Shown: positions 26,182 to 36,818, counted from the first letter of the stretch. The stretch is DNA of 64,000 bases from an uncultured Rhodospirillaceae bacterium (GCA_965601685.1 CBFCWI010000001.1:433694-497693), one strand, 5' to 3'. The notes: a model not told the origin generated them from the sequence alone. Made by a program: numbers and translations.

Positions 26182-27155
26182 TGGTCATGAGATCAAAGAT
26201 TGTCGGATGTGGAGCGTATCTTCCGGAACGCGTCATAACAAATGCTGAACTGGCGGAGCAGGTTGATACGACCGATGCGTGGATCATAGAAAGGACTGGT
26301 ATTCTCAAACGTCACGTGGCAGCAGCGGGGGAACTGACATCGGATCTGGCAACTCAGGCAGCCAAACAAGCGCTGACAGCAGCTGGACTCACAGCTGTAG
26401 CACTGGATCTGATTATCCTCGCTACGGCCACGCCTGATCATACTTTGCCAGCGACTGCTGCTAAGGTGCAAAGCCGGTTGGGGATGGAACGCGGGGCGGC
26501 ATTTGATATCCAGGCCGTGTGCTCTGGCTTCATTTACGCGTTGACGGTGGCTGATCAGTTTATCCGCACTGCACAGGCACAGACAGTCCTTGTCATCGGT
26601 GCTGAAACCTTTTCCCGTCTACTTGACTGGACAGACCGCAACACTTGCATCTTATTCGGTGACGGCGCGGGAGCCGTCGTGTTGCAGGCTGAGCCAGGAG
26701 TGGGCAATTCTCAAGACCACGGCATTCTTTCGGCTCATATCCATACCGATGGGCGCTATTATGATCTACTGTATGTCGACGGTGGGCCGTCGTCCGGTCC
26801 AGCAACAGGCTTCTTGCGCATGATTGGCAAGGATGTCTTTCGGTACGCGATCGTCCATCTCGCCAATGTAGTAAACGAAGCACTAGCTGCTAATCATTTG
26901 ACCCTCTCTGACATTGACTGGCTTGTACCCCACCAGGCTAATCGCCGTATTCTCGACGGAACGGCACGCAAGCTTGGTCTGCCAGCCGAAAAGGTTATCG
27001 TGACAGTAGAACACCATGCCAACACATCAGCAGCTTCTATCCCGCTGGCGTTGAGCGAAGCCCTCGCAGACAATCGTATTCGTCCTGGTCACCTTGTCCT
27101 CCTCGAAGCTATGGGCGGGGGATTGACCTGGGGGGCATGCTTGGTGCGGATGTAG
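26181..27155 (+). CDS. fabH: 3-oxoacyl-ACP synthase III
   Basis: Active-site context AFDIQAVCSGFIYAL, plus HQANRRIL and GGGLTWGA. TAATG overlap with plsX. Confidence 0.93.
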   Translation: MVMRSKIVGCGAYLPERVITNAELAEQVDTTDAWIIERTGILKRHVAAAGELTSDLATQAAKQALTAAGLTAVALDLIILATATPDHTLPATAAKVQSRLGMERGAAFDIQAVCSGFIYALTVADQFIRTAQAQTVLVIGAETFSRLLDWTDRNTCILFGDGAGAVVLQAEPGVGNSQDHGILSAHIHTDGRYYDLLYVDGGPSSGPATGFLRMIGKDVFRYAIVHLANVVNEALAANHLTLSDIDWLVPHQANRRILDGTARKLGLPAEKVIVTVEHHANTSAASIPLALSEALADNRIRPGHLVLLEAMGGGLTWGACLVRM

Positions 27156-29784
27156 TGTAGTGTGGCCGTGGCCAGGCAAGCATCAAGGCTGGTAATACGA
27201 GTAGCGTGGTCATAAGGGTGACTGTAACGGCGATGCTCAGAAGAAGGCCCATACTCGCTGTTCCAGGGTGAGTCGACAAAGCCAGACTGCCAAAAGAGGC
27301 AATAGTCGTAAGGGCACTTAAGGTGATGGCTTGAGGCGTGCTAGTATCCAGTAACGCCAGTAAACCGTGCTCTAGCCGTTCACGGAACACTAACTGGATG
27401 CCATTAGCCATGCCAAGGCCAAACAATAAGGGTAAGGCAATAATATTAGCGAAGTTATAATGTATACCAGTTACAACTGCGAAAGAGTTTGTTAAAAGAG
27501 ATGCTATTAAAAGAGGAAGAAAAGTCATTATAATGTCACGTGTTCGGCGTAATAAGAAGACCAGCAGAATGAGTAGAATGCATATAGTTGTAAAAGTTGC
27601 AAAAATAAAGGAATCTAAAACCACTTTGCTGCTTTCATAAAGGCTGACTGGCGTCCCAGTAGCCTGTGGCACCACAGCCTGCACCGTCTTGACAAACCGG
27701 CGTAGGGCTTCTCGGTCAGAGAGATCCTCCTGAGGATGAATTGCCACTCTCATGCGCCCATCAGTAGTGATTTCGCGGGCGTAGAGAGCAGTCGGCAGGT
27801 CGGCCATGGCCACAGGTCCAGCCTGTAACCCCTGGCGCAAAATCTCCAGCTGTTGTGGCAGTGTAGCGAGTAGTGCCGTCTCAAGCTCTTGTAAGACAGT
27901 TTGGTCGTTCAGATCAAGCCGCCTGAGTGCGACTTGTAACCGTCGAGTCTCTGGCTCCAGAGTAGGAGGAGCCGCAAGAGTTCGCTCTAATGCTGCCAGT
28001 GCCTGTTGCACCGCTAGCGGTGATGGATCTGACAGTCGTTCGCTTCGGACGAATAAGGGTGACAGAAACGTCGCTAAGTCACTAATCAACCGTAGCTTCT
28101 CATCCTGCTCCTGTGGTACATAGTCGGACAGGGTGGTGACTTTTGCCACTGTTGGAATGTGAGAGAGGCGTTCAGTCAACGTATGCGCCTGTAGGGGCGA
28201 GTCTGCTAGCATGATGATACTTTGGGAATCCCAGCGTTCGTCCCGCATGATGTCACGCAACGCATGAACTGATTCTGTTGTGTGATCCTTCAGATTCAGG
28301 GGGTCAAGGTCGAAACGGGTGGCCGGTAGAACAGCCACTGACGCAAGCAGGAACAGAGCAGCTGTACTTTTCAGCGCGCGGGGAGAGCGAGCTGCGAGGA
28401 GCCAGGTGAGGAACTGAAGCGGTCGGATAGCGTGCTTTCGACAAGGCGTAGCACGAACGGGCAACAGCCTCAGTAAGGCTGGCAGCACAGTCAAATTGGT
28501 CAGCAGAGCGATGAACATACCAACACCCGCAATCAGGCCGAGTTCCGCAAAGCCTTGATAAGGTGTCGGTAGAAACGAGAAAAAGCCTATGGCTGCGCCC
28601 ACAGCAGTCAGGGTCAGAGGGCCTCCGATGCTGGTGGTCGTCAACACGGCAGCGTTTTTTGGGCACTTCTTCATATGCTCTCCGTATCGTAAGCAGAAAT
28701 GAATGCTGAAATCAACACTAAGGCCGATAAAGAGTACTGCAAACGCTACGGAAATGAGATTAAATTTCTCTACTAATAAGAGAGCAATCGCTGTAGTGAA
28801 AGTTAAGCCAACTATAAGAACAACAAGAGAGTATATGAAAAGTTTTATACTTCTGAGTCCCACTATCAAAAGCAAAGAAACCAAGACCAGAGAAGTCACA
28901 TTAGCAAGGCCGATACTAGCCTCAACGCTCTCTAGTTCCTCCTCGGCTAAGGCAACTGAACCAGTCAAGCGCACCTGAATACCATGCGCGGGAGTTAAGT
29001 CGAGTTCAATAGCCAGGGCCTGGAGAGAGACCATGGCCCCCCGAGCTGGGTGTAGAGTGGTAAAGTCGAGAGGTGGCTGGATGACCAGGACTCGCCGCTG
29101 GCGGCTACTAGAATCGTCCTGCATCACTTGTTCCCAGCTCAGGCTGGCAAACCGCCCTTGGGCCTGTGCTTCTACCACAACTGCTATCTGGCGTAGCATG
29201 AGTGCCATAGTAGCCTGGCCTGTTGTGTCGTTCTCCTGATCCAAAGCCAGTGCTAATACGTCAGCAAGCCCTTTGAGAGTTGGATCACGATAAAGTGTGC
29301 TTAAGAAAGGCTGTGCGGTTGCTAGACGGTCACTCAGTTTCTCTAACGCTGTTACATCCATGTATAGAAGGCTATGCTGATGGAAGAAGGGATCACCAGC
29401 TAGGTCATGAACGGTGCCGAACAGATTCGGCTGCTGGCGTAGACGGTTGGTCAGCTGCAGCGTTGCCTGATTGGCTAAATCGGGGGTCGCTCCATCAATC
29501 ACAATCACGAGGGTATCAGAGAACTGGGGAAAGACGGCGTCTAGTTCCTGTGACAGTTGGCGAAATGGTAGATCACGCGACAGCATGTCCGAAGTGTTAG
29601 TGTTAACCTTGAAGTGACTTGTCACATACCACCCTGCTGCTATCGTCATGGCTGCCGTTACTAGCACAACAAATAGGGCTACCTTCTGCATGAGTTTTAC
29701 CCATGCTTGTAAGACTCTGTTACAGATGGTCATTGCGTGTATCCCCATAATGCGGGTTATAGGGCTACAAGCGCTTGTCAGCAA
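27109..29784 (-). CDS. RND/MMPL-superfamily exporter (HpnN-like hopanoid-transporter type; family guess)
   Basis: About 870-890 aa with two repeats of a large soluble loop followed by a 5-6 TM sterol-sensing-like bundle, the architecture of MMPL/HpnN proteins. The start is ambiguous (Met1, Met18 or Met32). The 3' end overlaps the fabH 3' end by 47 nt. Confidence 0.6.
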   Translation of the reverse strand: MLTSACSPITRIMGIHAMTICNRVLQAWVKLMQKVALFVVLVTAAMTIAAGWYVTSHFKVNTNTSDMLSRDLPFRQLSQELDAVFPQFSDTLVIVIDGATPDLANQATLQLTNRLRQQPNLFGTVHDLAGDPFFHQHSLLYMDVTALEKLSDRLATAQPFLSTLYRDPTLKGLADVLALALDQENDTTGQATMALMLRQIAVVVEAQAQGRFASLSWEQVMQDDSSSRQRRVLVIQPPLDFTTLHPARGAMVSLQALAIELDLTPAHGIQVRLTGSVALAEEELESVEASIGLANVTSLVLVSLLLIVGLRSIKLFIYSLVVLIVGLTFTTAIALLLVEKFNLISVAFAVLFIGLSVDFSIHFCLRYGEHMKKCPKNAAVLTTTSIGGPLTLTAVGAAIGFFSFLPTPYQGFAELGLIAGVGMFIALLTNLTVLPALLRLLPVRATPCRKHAIRPLQFLTWLLAARSPRALKSTAALFLLASVAVLPATRFDLDPLNLKDHTTESVHALRDIMRDERWDSQSIIMLADSPLQAHTLTERLSHIPTVAKVTTLSDYVPQEQDEKLRLISDLATFLSPLFVRSERLSDPSPLAVQQALAALERTLAAPPTLEPETRRLQVALRRLDLNDQTVLQELETALLATLPQQLEILRQGLQAGPVAMADLPTALYAREITTDGRMRVAIHPQEDLSDREALRRFVKTVQAVVPQATGTPVSLYESSKVVLDSFIFATFTTICILLILLVFLLRRTRDIIMTFLPLLIASLLTNSFAVVTGIHYNFANIIALPLLFGLGMANGIQLVFRERLEHGLLALLDTSTPQAITLSALTTIASFGSLALSTHPGTASMGLLLSIAVTVTLMTTLLVLPALMLAWPRPHYTTSAPSMPPRSIPRP

Positions 29785-30135
29785 AAGGGTTATTGAGCTA
29801 GTAGCCTACCTGCCATCAATCACACTCTCCAGCAGGGACATGCTTCCAGCCCTTTCAATAAAATACTGGAAAGTATAGCACTGGGCTGAGTTTGTGTGTC
29901 GACAGAGCTGTTGCAGACGCTATATAGACCACGCTAGTGGGGGGATTACGGCTGCGGGGGCGCCTGCCAACAATTGAAAGTTGTCAATAAATTGTAATAT
30001 GCAGGCATCTACACTACGTCGTCCTAAACCTGGATCCTGTGCAGATTGCAAGACATGATGCCCTTGGGCCGAGGTAATGCGCTGAATCTTTCTAGCAGAT
30101 TTCGCATTTTCTATCATAACGTGCAATGAAGGAGC

Positions 30136-30849
30136 ATGTCAGGCATGATAAATAGCTACGAGCTGAACAGAGACGAAGCTCGCGACCGGATCATGGCCGC
30201 TATTGGATCCCATGTCGTGTTTGATGGTTGGAATCTCAAGAGTCTCAAAGCGGCCGCTCGGGAGGCGGGCCTGGAGACGAGTGCGGTGGTGCGGGTCTTT
30301 CCAAAAGGTGTAGGAGAGGCTATCACCCATTATTTTGACTGGGGAGACAGATACATGCTAACAGCGATGGGCAAACGCGATCTCGGAGCTATGAAAACAC
30401 GAGAACGCGTCGGTGCGGCCATGCAGGTACGTCTCGATATGTTTGGCAGTCGGGAAGTAATGCGACGGACCTTGGCAACACTTGCCTTACCTATGAACAC
30501 TCAGATAGGTCTACAAGCGACCTATCACACAGTAGATGCGATATGGCATGCATCCGGGGATACCGCGACAGATCTGAGCTTCTACACAAAGCGAGCTTTA
30601 TTAGCATGTGTTTATACAGCGACACTTCTGTACTGGCTCGAAGACACGTCAGAGAATAGCGAGGACACACGTGGATTCTTAGAACGCTGTCTAGCAAACA
30701 TGCTGCAGTTAGCTGCAGTACGGCTATCTTTAGCGCAGCTCAGGCAGTCTAACCCAGCGCGTTTTTTATGGCGTCCCCCGCTGCAGATGACTAGTAGATC
30801 AGGCCGGTCAGTCACGCGGACACAATATCCTCAAACATTGTGTGTCTAG
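30136..30849 (+). CDS. COQ9-family protein (the family often labelled 'rpsU-divergently transcribed protein')
   Basis: 237 aa. The N-terminal pattern RDRIMAAIGSHVVFDGWNLKSLKAAAREAGL...VRVFPKGVGEAITHYFDWGDR resembles the bacterial COQ9-like family as I remember it. No search was run. Confidence 0.5.
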   Translation: MSGMINSYELNRDEARDRIMAAIGSHVVFDGWNLKSLKAAAREAGLETSAVVRVFPKGVGEAITHYFDWGDRYMLTAMGKRDLGAMKTRERVGAAMQVRLDMFGSREVMRRTLATLALPMNTQIGLQATYHTVDAIWHASGDTATDLSFYTKRALLACVYTATLLYWLEDTSENSEDTRGFLERCLANMLQLAAVRLSLAQLRQSNPARFLWRPPLQMTSRSGRSVTRTQYPQTLCV

Positions 30850-31520
30850 TGAATGTATCTGTATACCAGTCAAAGGATTGATAGAGAATTGCTAGAGAAT
30901 TGAGCAGGATACTGCAATCCTCTGCAGTGTGCATGATCAATCATCACGGTGGTATTGTCCTTTCTGATAACAGGCGATGGAGACCGGGTCTTGATAGCAG
31001 CACAAGGGACTGTCCTCTGACGTCAAGGCCCGTTTCAAGAGTTTTTATGGATTTTATAGAGAATCTTGCAGAGATATTCTATTCTGTATGCTGACTTCCG
31101 TGATACTTTGGCCATCTGCGGCGTGATTCTATCACATCATCACGCCGGGTTCTGAGCGGAGGAGTCAGCCGATCGGCACGAACTGCCAAGAATGGGGATC
31201 ACTGTATGCCGCCACAGGGTCCGCTCCCCAGACCTTGTCGTAGGTAGCAAAACTCCGAATTGATAATGCGCTCCAGCACAGTCTAGGGAAGATTCTCGAG
31301 CCGGAGGCGAGGAACCGGCAATCCTCAGCCCTGCAAGCCCTCTCCTCACCGCTGCACACCGGTGATGTTTGTAGCTCTTCCCTCTTGGTGCACAACAGCT
31401 GTCAACTGCCGCGGGTCAATCGCCCCCTGATAGGCATTCGAGCATCTGGGAGAGGGATGCCTTGGCCATCTGACACACACGCCTTGTTTTCAACATCTTC
31501 AATCCTGTCTTTTTGTCTCC

Positions 31521-31548
31521 TTGACAAGCATAGGTTCGTTGTTACGAT
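31521..31548 (+). promoter_or_regulatory. candidate sigma70-type promoter for rpmG
   Basis: TTGACA (31521-31526), a 16-nt spacer, then TACGAT (31543-31548), about 40 nt upstream of the rpmG ATG. Sequence match only. Confidence 0.4.
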
Positions 31549-31588
31549 GCTTTTTTTGAAAACTGTTTCTATCTGCGAGGAAACTACC

Positions 31589-31756
31589 ATGGCGAAACCT
31601 GCTACTGTTCTCATTAAGCTTGAAAGTAGCGCTGGGACTGGCTATTTCTATGTGACTAAGAAAAATCCTCGTAAAACAACTAAAAAACTAGAATTTCGCA
31701 AATATGATCCTGTTGCCCGCAAGCATGTCGCCTTTCGTGAGGCTAAAATCAAATAA
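31589..31756 (+). CDS. rpmG: 50S ribosomal protein L33
   Basis: [55 protein letters not shown] (55 aa) is a clear L33. It is the in-frame 3' part of ORF 31385..31756. Confidence 0.93.
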   Translation: MAKPATVLIKLESSAGTGYFYVTKKNPRKTTKKLEFRKYDPVARKHVAFREAKIK

Positions 31757-32225
31757 GACGGAAAGCTGAAAGTCTTGAGGAAGCGGACTAGGGCTTTGCG
31801 TTTGGGCAGGAGGATTCTTGCTATGCTCCGCGGTACTAGCCTAGTTGGCCAACTCTTAGTGGACGGATGTCCCTATCATCATCACTATCACTACTCATGT
31901 ATCCAGCACCCAAGATGCAAGGGAAGGTTCGTAGGAGATATTTTACTCTCTTGAGTGGCTATGAGCGAGAGGCCGTTATGGCCTCGACAGACAGAGGCAG
32001 GAAAAGCCTCTTCATCCTTTGCCCATAATCAATATTATCAGCCTTCAGTAGTAAAGAAGAGAGTCAGTGCCGAAGCCTGACCATGTGGCCAGGAGGAAAC
32101 GAAGCCATGAGTGAGCAATCAATGCCACCGGTAATCGTCATTATCGGTTGGCTTCTGCGAAGAAATGTGTCCCACAGCCTGACCCTTCCGATTCGTGTCA
32201 AACGAAAAGAAAATGCTGTGGGGTA

Positions 32226-32555
32226 TCAGTTTGCCATTCGTGGCCAGAGAACATAGTGGCCATCCCTGAGCCCGGAAAAGTACCTGCTGATTTCTGGATG
32301 GAAAACTGGATGTCCGCTTTTGTCATCTAAGAGGTTCTGCTCTGAGACATAGGCGATATAGTATCCATCAGCGTTCTCAGCCAGCAGATGATAGAATGGC
32401 TGATTCTTGTGAGGCCGAACCCGCTCCGGGATAGCTAGCCACCATTCCTCAGTGTTGGCGAACATTGGGTCCACATCAAAAATTACACCGCGGAATGGGT
32501 AAAAGCGATGACGTACGATCTGACCGATGTCAAATTTGGCAGCACGCATGAGCAA
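32226..32555 (-). CDS. hspQ: heat-shock protein HspQ / hemimethylated-DNA-binding YccV family
   Basis: AKFDIGQIVRHRFYPFRGVIFDVDPMF...KNQPFYHLLAENADGYYIAYVSEQNL is the YccV/HspQ signature. Confidence 0.85.
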   Translation of the reverse strand: MLMRAAKFDIGQIVRHRFYPFRGVIFDVDPMFANTEEWWLAIPERVRPHKNQPFYHLLAENADGYYIAYVSEQNLLDDKSGHPVFHPEISRYFSGLRDGHYVLWPRMAN

Positions 32556-32919
32556 TGTGCTCTCCGCGACTTCTACGGTGCCTTACGCGTTAATATAAAA
32601 CGGATTGTACCTGTTATCCAACCGTTATCTTCTCTCTATGTCGTCTAGTGAGATGTGCGACATCCCCTACTCCCTTGGAGCAGTGAGTAGATAGTGTCTG
32701 ATTGGTCTCAGTGTACTCTCATCTATACGGCGGATTTGTGTCTCTGCAACAGAGAAGCTCTGATGATCGTCTGGCTGTTCATCGCTGTGAAGGAGCTGCG
32801 TAGGGTGACGAGAACAAGAGGCAGAAGAGGCAGTGACTGCGCCATGAGCGCTATGATACTTGCGCTGCCCAGGTATATCAAGGAGCTGAAGAGGTATTGG
32901 AACACCACCTGGCTGAAAA

Positions 32920-33681
32920 CTACACCACTTGAGGATCTTTCTGTCGTACAGCATAAAGCAAGAACTCCTGATTCCCCTTTGCCCCAACAATCGGACTGGT
33001 GACTACCCCTAAGACATGCCATCTACAATACTGAGATAACCAATATGATATGCGATGACATACTTCATTCTGTAGTAGTGTATCACGGACTACCCCTCCC
33101 TTACCCACCCGATTCCGGCCGACCTCGAACTGTGGTTTGATCAGTGCTATGAGCTGTGCGCCAGGACGTGTTAATGATAGTGGCGCTGGTAGCACAGTTT
33201 GCAACCCTATAAAGCTTGTATCACACACCACGAGGTCAACAGGTTCTGGCACCTGTGCTGTGCTGAGAAAACGAGCGTTTGTCCGTTCTAGTATCACCAC
33301 CCGCTGATCCTGACGCAGCCGCATTGCTAGTTGGCCATAGCCTACATCTACCGCGTAGACACGGGTAGCACCTCCCGCTAGCAAGACGTCTGTAAACCCA
33401 CCAGTAGAGGAGCCGATATCCAAAGCTACTTTGTCATGCGATAGAACGCCAAAATAAGCAAGCCCATGCGCTAGCTTGAGTCCGCCGCGCGATACCCAGG
33501 GATGGTCATGCCAGTGTAGGGTAATCTCTGCTGTCGCTGCTATTAACTGTCCAGGCTTCTCTAGGCGTTGCCCACTCTGAGACACACAGCCTGCCATTAC
33601 CAGGGCTTGTGCTCTACCACGGTTCGCAGCCAGGTTACGCTCTACCAGCAGCTGGTCAAGGCGGATTTTTCCCTTGTTCAC
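32920..33681 (-). CDS. tlyA: TlyA-family rRNA (cytidine-2'-O)-methyltransferase
   Basis: N-terminal S4 domain (IRLDQLLVERNLAANRGRAQALVMAG) and an FtsJ-like SAM site (ALDIGSSTGGFTDVLL). Confidence 0.88.
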   Translation of the reverse strand: MNKGKIRLDQLLVERNLAANRGRAQALVMAGCVSQSGQRLEKPGQLIAATAEITLHWHDHPWVSRGGLKLAHGLAYFGVLSHDKVALDIGSSTGGFTDVLLAGGATRVYAVDVGYGQLAMRLRQDQRVVILERTNARFLSTAQVPEPVDLVVCDTSFIGLQTVLPAPLSLTRPGAQLIALIKPQFEVGRNRVGKGGVVRDTLLQNEVCHRISYWLSQYCRWHVLGVVTSPIVGAKGNQEFLLYAVRQKDPQVV

Positions 33682-33810
33682 CTGTTAGCCCTCACATTGT
33701 ATCGGGTTCACACTGTTTTTCCTTGTCAAAGGTAGAGTCTTAAAGATCTCAGTGAGTCATATACACAGCAGGATCCCTGCCTCCTGCCACACGGGCGCGC
33801 AGTTGTTGCG

Positions 33811-34293
33811 ATGGCAACTATCGGGCAATATAGTGCAGCACCTAAGGACCTAGCAAAGGACGCGACAGGCATGACCGTGACGCTTCCTCCAGATTACCGG
33901 CCTTCTGAAGGCGAGCCATTCATGAACGAATCCCAGCTCGAGTATTTTCGCCAAAAACTGCTCCGCTGGCGCACAGAACTACTGCGCGAGGCCAATGAGA
34001 CTCTGCAGAGTCTTCAGCAGGAGACCCTACAGGAGCCTGACGTGGCCGACAGAGCCTCACTTGAAACTGATCGAGCGTTCGAGCTGCGAAACCGTGCACG
34101 CGCTCGCAAACTCATCGCTAAGATAAACGCGGCCTTACAGAGAGTCGAGGATGGGACATACGGTTATTGTGAAGAGACGCACGAGCCCATCGGGCTCAAA
34201 CGCCTAGAGGCTCGACCGATCGCTACCTTGAGTCTGGAAGCCCAAGAACGGCATGAACGCATGGAACGCACACATCGCGGCGCCTTCGAATAA
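33811..34293 (+). CDS. dksA: RNA polymerase-binding transcription factor DksA (form lacking the Cys4 zinc finger)
   Basis: Coiled-coil tip DVADRAS (DxxDxA) and C-terminal GTYGYCEETHEPIGLKRLEARPIATLSLEAQERHE. An alternative start at Met21 (33871) would give the usual length of about 140 aa. Confidence 0.88.
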   Translation: MATIGQYSAAPKDLAKDATGMTVTLPPDYRPSEGEPFMNESQLEYFRQKLLRWRTELLREANETLQSLQQETLQEPDVADRASLETDRAFELRNRARARKLIAKINAALQRVEDGTYGYCEETHEPIGLKRLEARPIATLSLEAQERHERMERTHRGAFE

Positions 34294-35027
34294 AGGCTTC
34301 TCTCTTTGAAAGCGCTCAGCTGGCCGGGAGGTTGAAACAGTTTCGTTTGTTTCGCAGTCTGTCCGAGTTTGCAGGAGAGAGGAAGAGGGGGAAATACCTC
34401 CTAGTGTGCTAGCTTGTGGTTGCGAGAGGGATTCGCGTCCTGGTGGCGGCTCAATTCGAGGTGAGGGGTACCAGGTCGGATGAGTGATCCTGTTCTCATT
34501 CTCAGAATACTGTGGGAGTGCCCGCGTAGGACAGAGATTCTCAGACATGTGTGACTGTCTCTTTCCCCCGTAGGTGGTTGCTCTGGCTCTTCTCAGCCCG
34601 TTACCAGGGCGTAACGCTCCAGAACCCTTGAGAGCTTTATCTTTATATCGACTGCAGACACAGCATCATGCATAATGCTGGTGCGAATGATTTCTTTACC
34701 CTCTGCAGTAGAGGAAAGGCGATTGCTTGTAACGCTAGTGAGTGTTGCTCCGTTTGCAGCTGTCCAACAGCCACTTCTACGTGGTAAGAAGACGTTTATG
34801 CTGTATAGAGTGTGCCAGACAGTACCCTCTGTCAGGGGGTTTCGGAGCTTGACGTCATGGCGGATATAGTATTACGGTGCGGCGCCTTTTTTCTGTGGAC
34901 AAAGGGTAGCAATTTGTAGGGGCTTATGTGGGGATTTTCTGTTTGATGCTTTTGATTTGTGCTTGCACATCTTGAAAGAGAGAGGAATAGAGAGGGGGAT
35001 AGGGCATAGGTGGATCTATGATCAGGT

Positions 35028-36446
35028 ATGTTTGAAAGTCTGAGCAGCCGGCTTGGACAGATCTTCGGTCGTCTCAAACGACGGGCTACCCTAGCCGCGG
35101 TTGATGTGAATGAGGTCATGCGTGAGGTACGCATCGCCCTGCTTGAGGCTGATGTGGCCTTGCCTGTTGTGAAGGACTTCATTGCTCGGGTCAGAGCTGG
35201 CGCCGTTGGCCAGGAGGTCATACGCTCAGTCACTCCTGGCCAGATGGTGGTGAAGATCGTCCACGATGCTCTGGTAGAGGTGCTGGGGACTACGGGGGTG
35301 GGGCTTGATCTCGCTCGATCGCCACCAGTTGCGGTGCTAGTGGTTGGCTTACAGGGCTCTGGCAAGACCACTACATCGGCTAAGATGGGCTTGTACCTGA
35401 AAATACAGGAACGGCGTCGTGTGCTGATGGTCTCCCTCGATGTCTACCGTCCCGCGGCCCAGGAGCAGCTAGCGGTCCTCGGCCGTCAGGCTGGTATTGC
35501 AACCCTGTCTATCATCCACGGCCAGACGCCAGTGGCAATTGCCAGACGGGCCATGGACGAGGGCCGCAATGGCGGCTTCGATGTGATCATTCTCGACACA
35601 GCCGGGAGGTTGCACATAGATCCTGTTTTAATGGCTGAAGTTACTGCAGTGCGCAACGCGATTGCTCCTGCTGAGATTCTATTGGTTGCCGATGCTATGA
35701 CTGGTCAGGATGCGGTGAATCTTGCCCGCACTTTCAACGAGCAGCTGCACCTGACAGGTATTGTACTGACCAGGGTCGATGGCGATGCCCGTGGTGGCGC
35801 GGCCTTGTCCATGCGGGCGGTGACTGGCAAGCCTATTAAGCTGCTTGGCACTGGGGAGAAGTTAGAGGCGCTCGAAAGCTTTCATCCAGATCGTCTTGCC
35901 AGACGGATCCTTGGCATGGGAGATGTTATATCCTTAGTTGAAAAAGCAGCCGCTACCATTAGGAGAGAAGAAGCTGAAGAGATAGCCCTGAAAATGTTAG
36001 AGGGGCGATTCGACTTGAATGATCTTCTCGCGCAGCTTCGCCAGGTACGTAAAATGGGTGATCTGAAGGATCTGTTCTGTCTACTGCCCGGTAGCGATAA
36101 GCTGAAGAGAAAAGTTAGCGATGCCCATGTCAATGAGAAGTTGCTGATCCATCAGGAGGCTATCATCTTATCCATGACACCAGCTGAAAGATGCCATCCC
36201 GAGATCATCAAAGCATCGCGGAAACGACGCATTGCGCTCGGCTGTGGGTTAACAGTACAGGAAGTGAACAAACTGCTTAAATGGTACCAGCAAGTCGCAC
36301 AGATGACGAAGGGAATGCGGAAGATGAAACAGAAAGGGCAGCTAGAGCGCCTGCTCAGCGGAGTGGGATGGCCACCATCTTTGCCAATGGGGACGCCTGG
36401 GCAGCATCTGACGAGCAGCGCGCCGCCTCGGCGAGGCCGCAAGTGA
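35028..36446 (+). CDS. ffh: signal recognition particle protein Ffh
   Basis: N domain, G domain (GLQGSGKTTT, DTAGR, TRVDGD) and an M domain with a basic tail. Confidence 0.96.
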   Translation: MFESLSSRLGQIFGRLKRRATLAAVDVNEVMREVRIALLEADVALPVVKDFIARVRAGAVGQEVIRSVTPGQMVVKIVHDALVEVLGTTGVGLDLARSPPVAVLVVGLQGSGKTTTSAKMGLYLKIQERRRVLMVSLDVYRPAAQEQLAVLGRQAGIATLSIIHGQTPVAIARRAMDEGRNGGFDVIILDTAGRLHIDPVLMAEVTAVRNAIAPAEILLVADAMTGQDAVNLARTFNEQLHLTGIVLTRVDGDARGGAALSMRAVTGKPIKLLGTGEKLEALESFHPDRLARRILGMGDVISLVEKAAATIRREEAEEIALKMLEGRFDLNDLLAQLRQVRKMGDLKDLFCLLPGSDKLKRKVSDAHVNEKLLIHQEAIILSMTPAERCHPEIIKASRKRRIALGCGLTVQEVNKLLKWYQQVAQMTKGMRKMKQKGQLERLLSGVGWPPSLPMGTPGQHLTSSAPPRRGRK

Positions 36447-36536
36447 ACAGGGTTTGTGTTGGAGTGTACTGACCTTTTATGCTGTTCTCTCTTCGGCACT
36501 ATCGGCACTAAGTAGAACAACGGAGTAGCAGTCTCT

Positions 36537-36818
36537 ATGTCGCTCAGTATTCGTCTTGCTCGTGCGGGCGCTAAGAAGCGTCCTTTTTACCGCATCGTTC
36601 TCGCCGACACGCGGGCTCCGCGTGATGGTCGTTTCCTCGAGCGTCTGGGTTCCTATAACCCGATACTGCCGCAGGGTCACACTGAACGTGTCCTCTTAAA
36701 AGAGGAACGTATTAAGTACTGGCTCAGAATCGGGGCTAAGCCAACAGACCGAGTGGCCCGCTTCTTGGGTAGAGCGGGTCTCATTCCGTCGCCAGCTATT
36801 CCAAGCCAACCTCAGTGA
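36537..36818 (+). CDS. rpsP: 30S ribosomal protein S16
   Basis: [42 protein letters not shown] is the S16 signature. Confidence 0.95.
   Translation: MSLSIRLARAGAKKRPFYRIVLADTRAPRDGRFLERLGSYNPILPQGHTERVLLKEERIKYWLRIGAKPTDRVARFLGRAGLIPSPAIPSQPQ

Noticed and set aside
29920-30126. 68-aa minus-strand ORF divergent from the COQ9-like gene, considered as rpsU (S21), because that gene family is typically divergent from rpsU and S21 is about 68 aa.
   Set aside because: The sequence (MHVMIENAKSARKIQRITSAQGHH...) lacks the strongly basic S21 C-terminal half and the YEKPS block. Other frames do not restore them. At most it is a heavily decayed remnant, which cannot be shown without a search.
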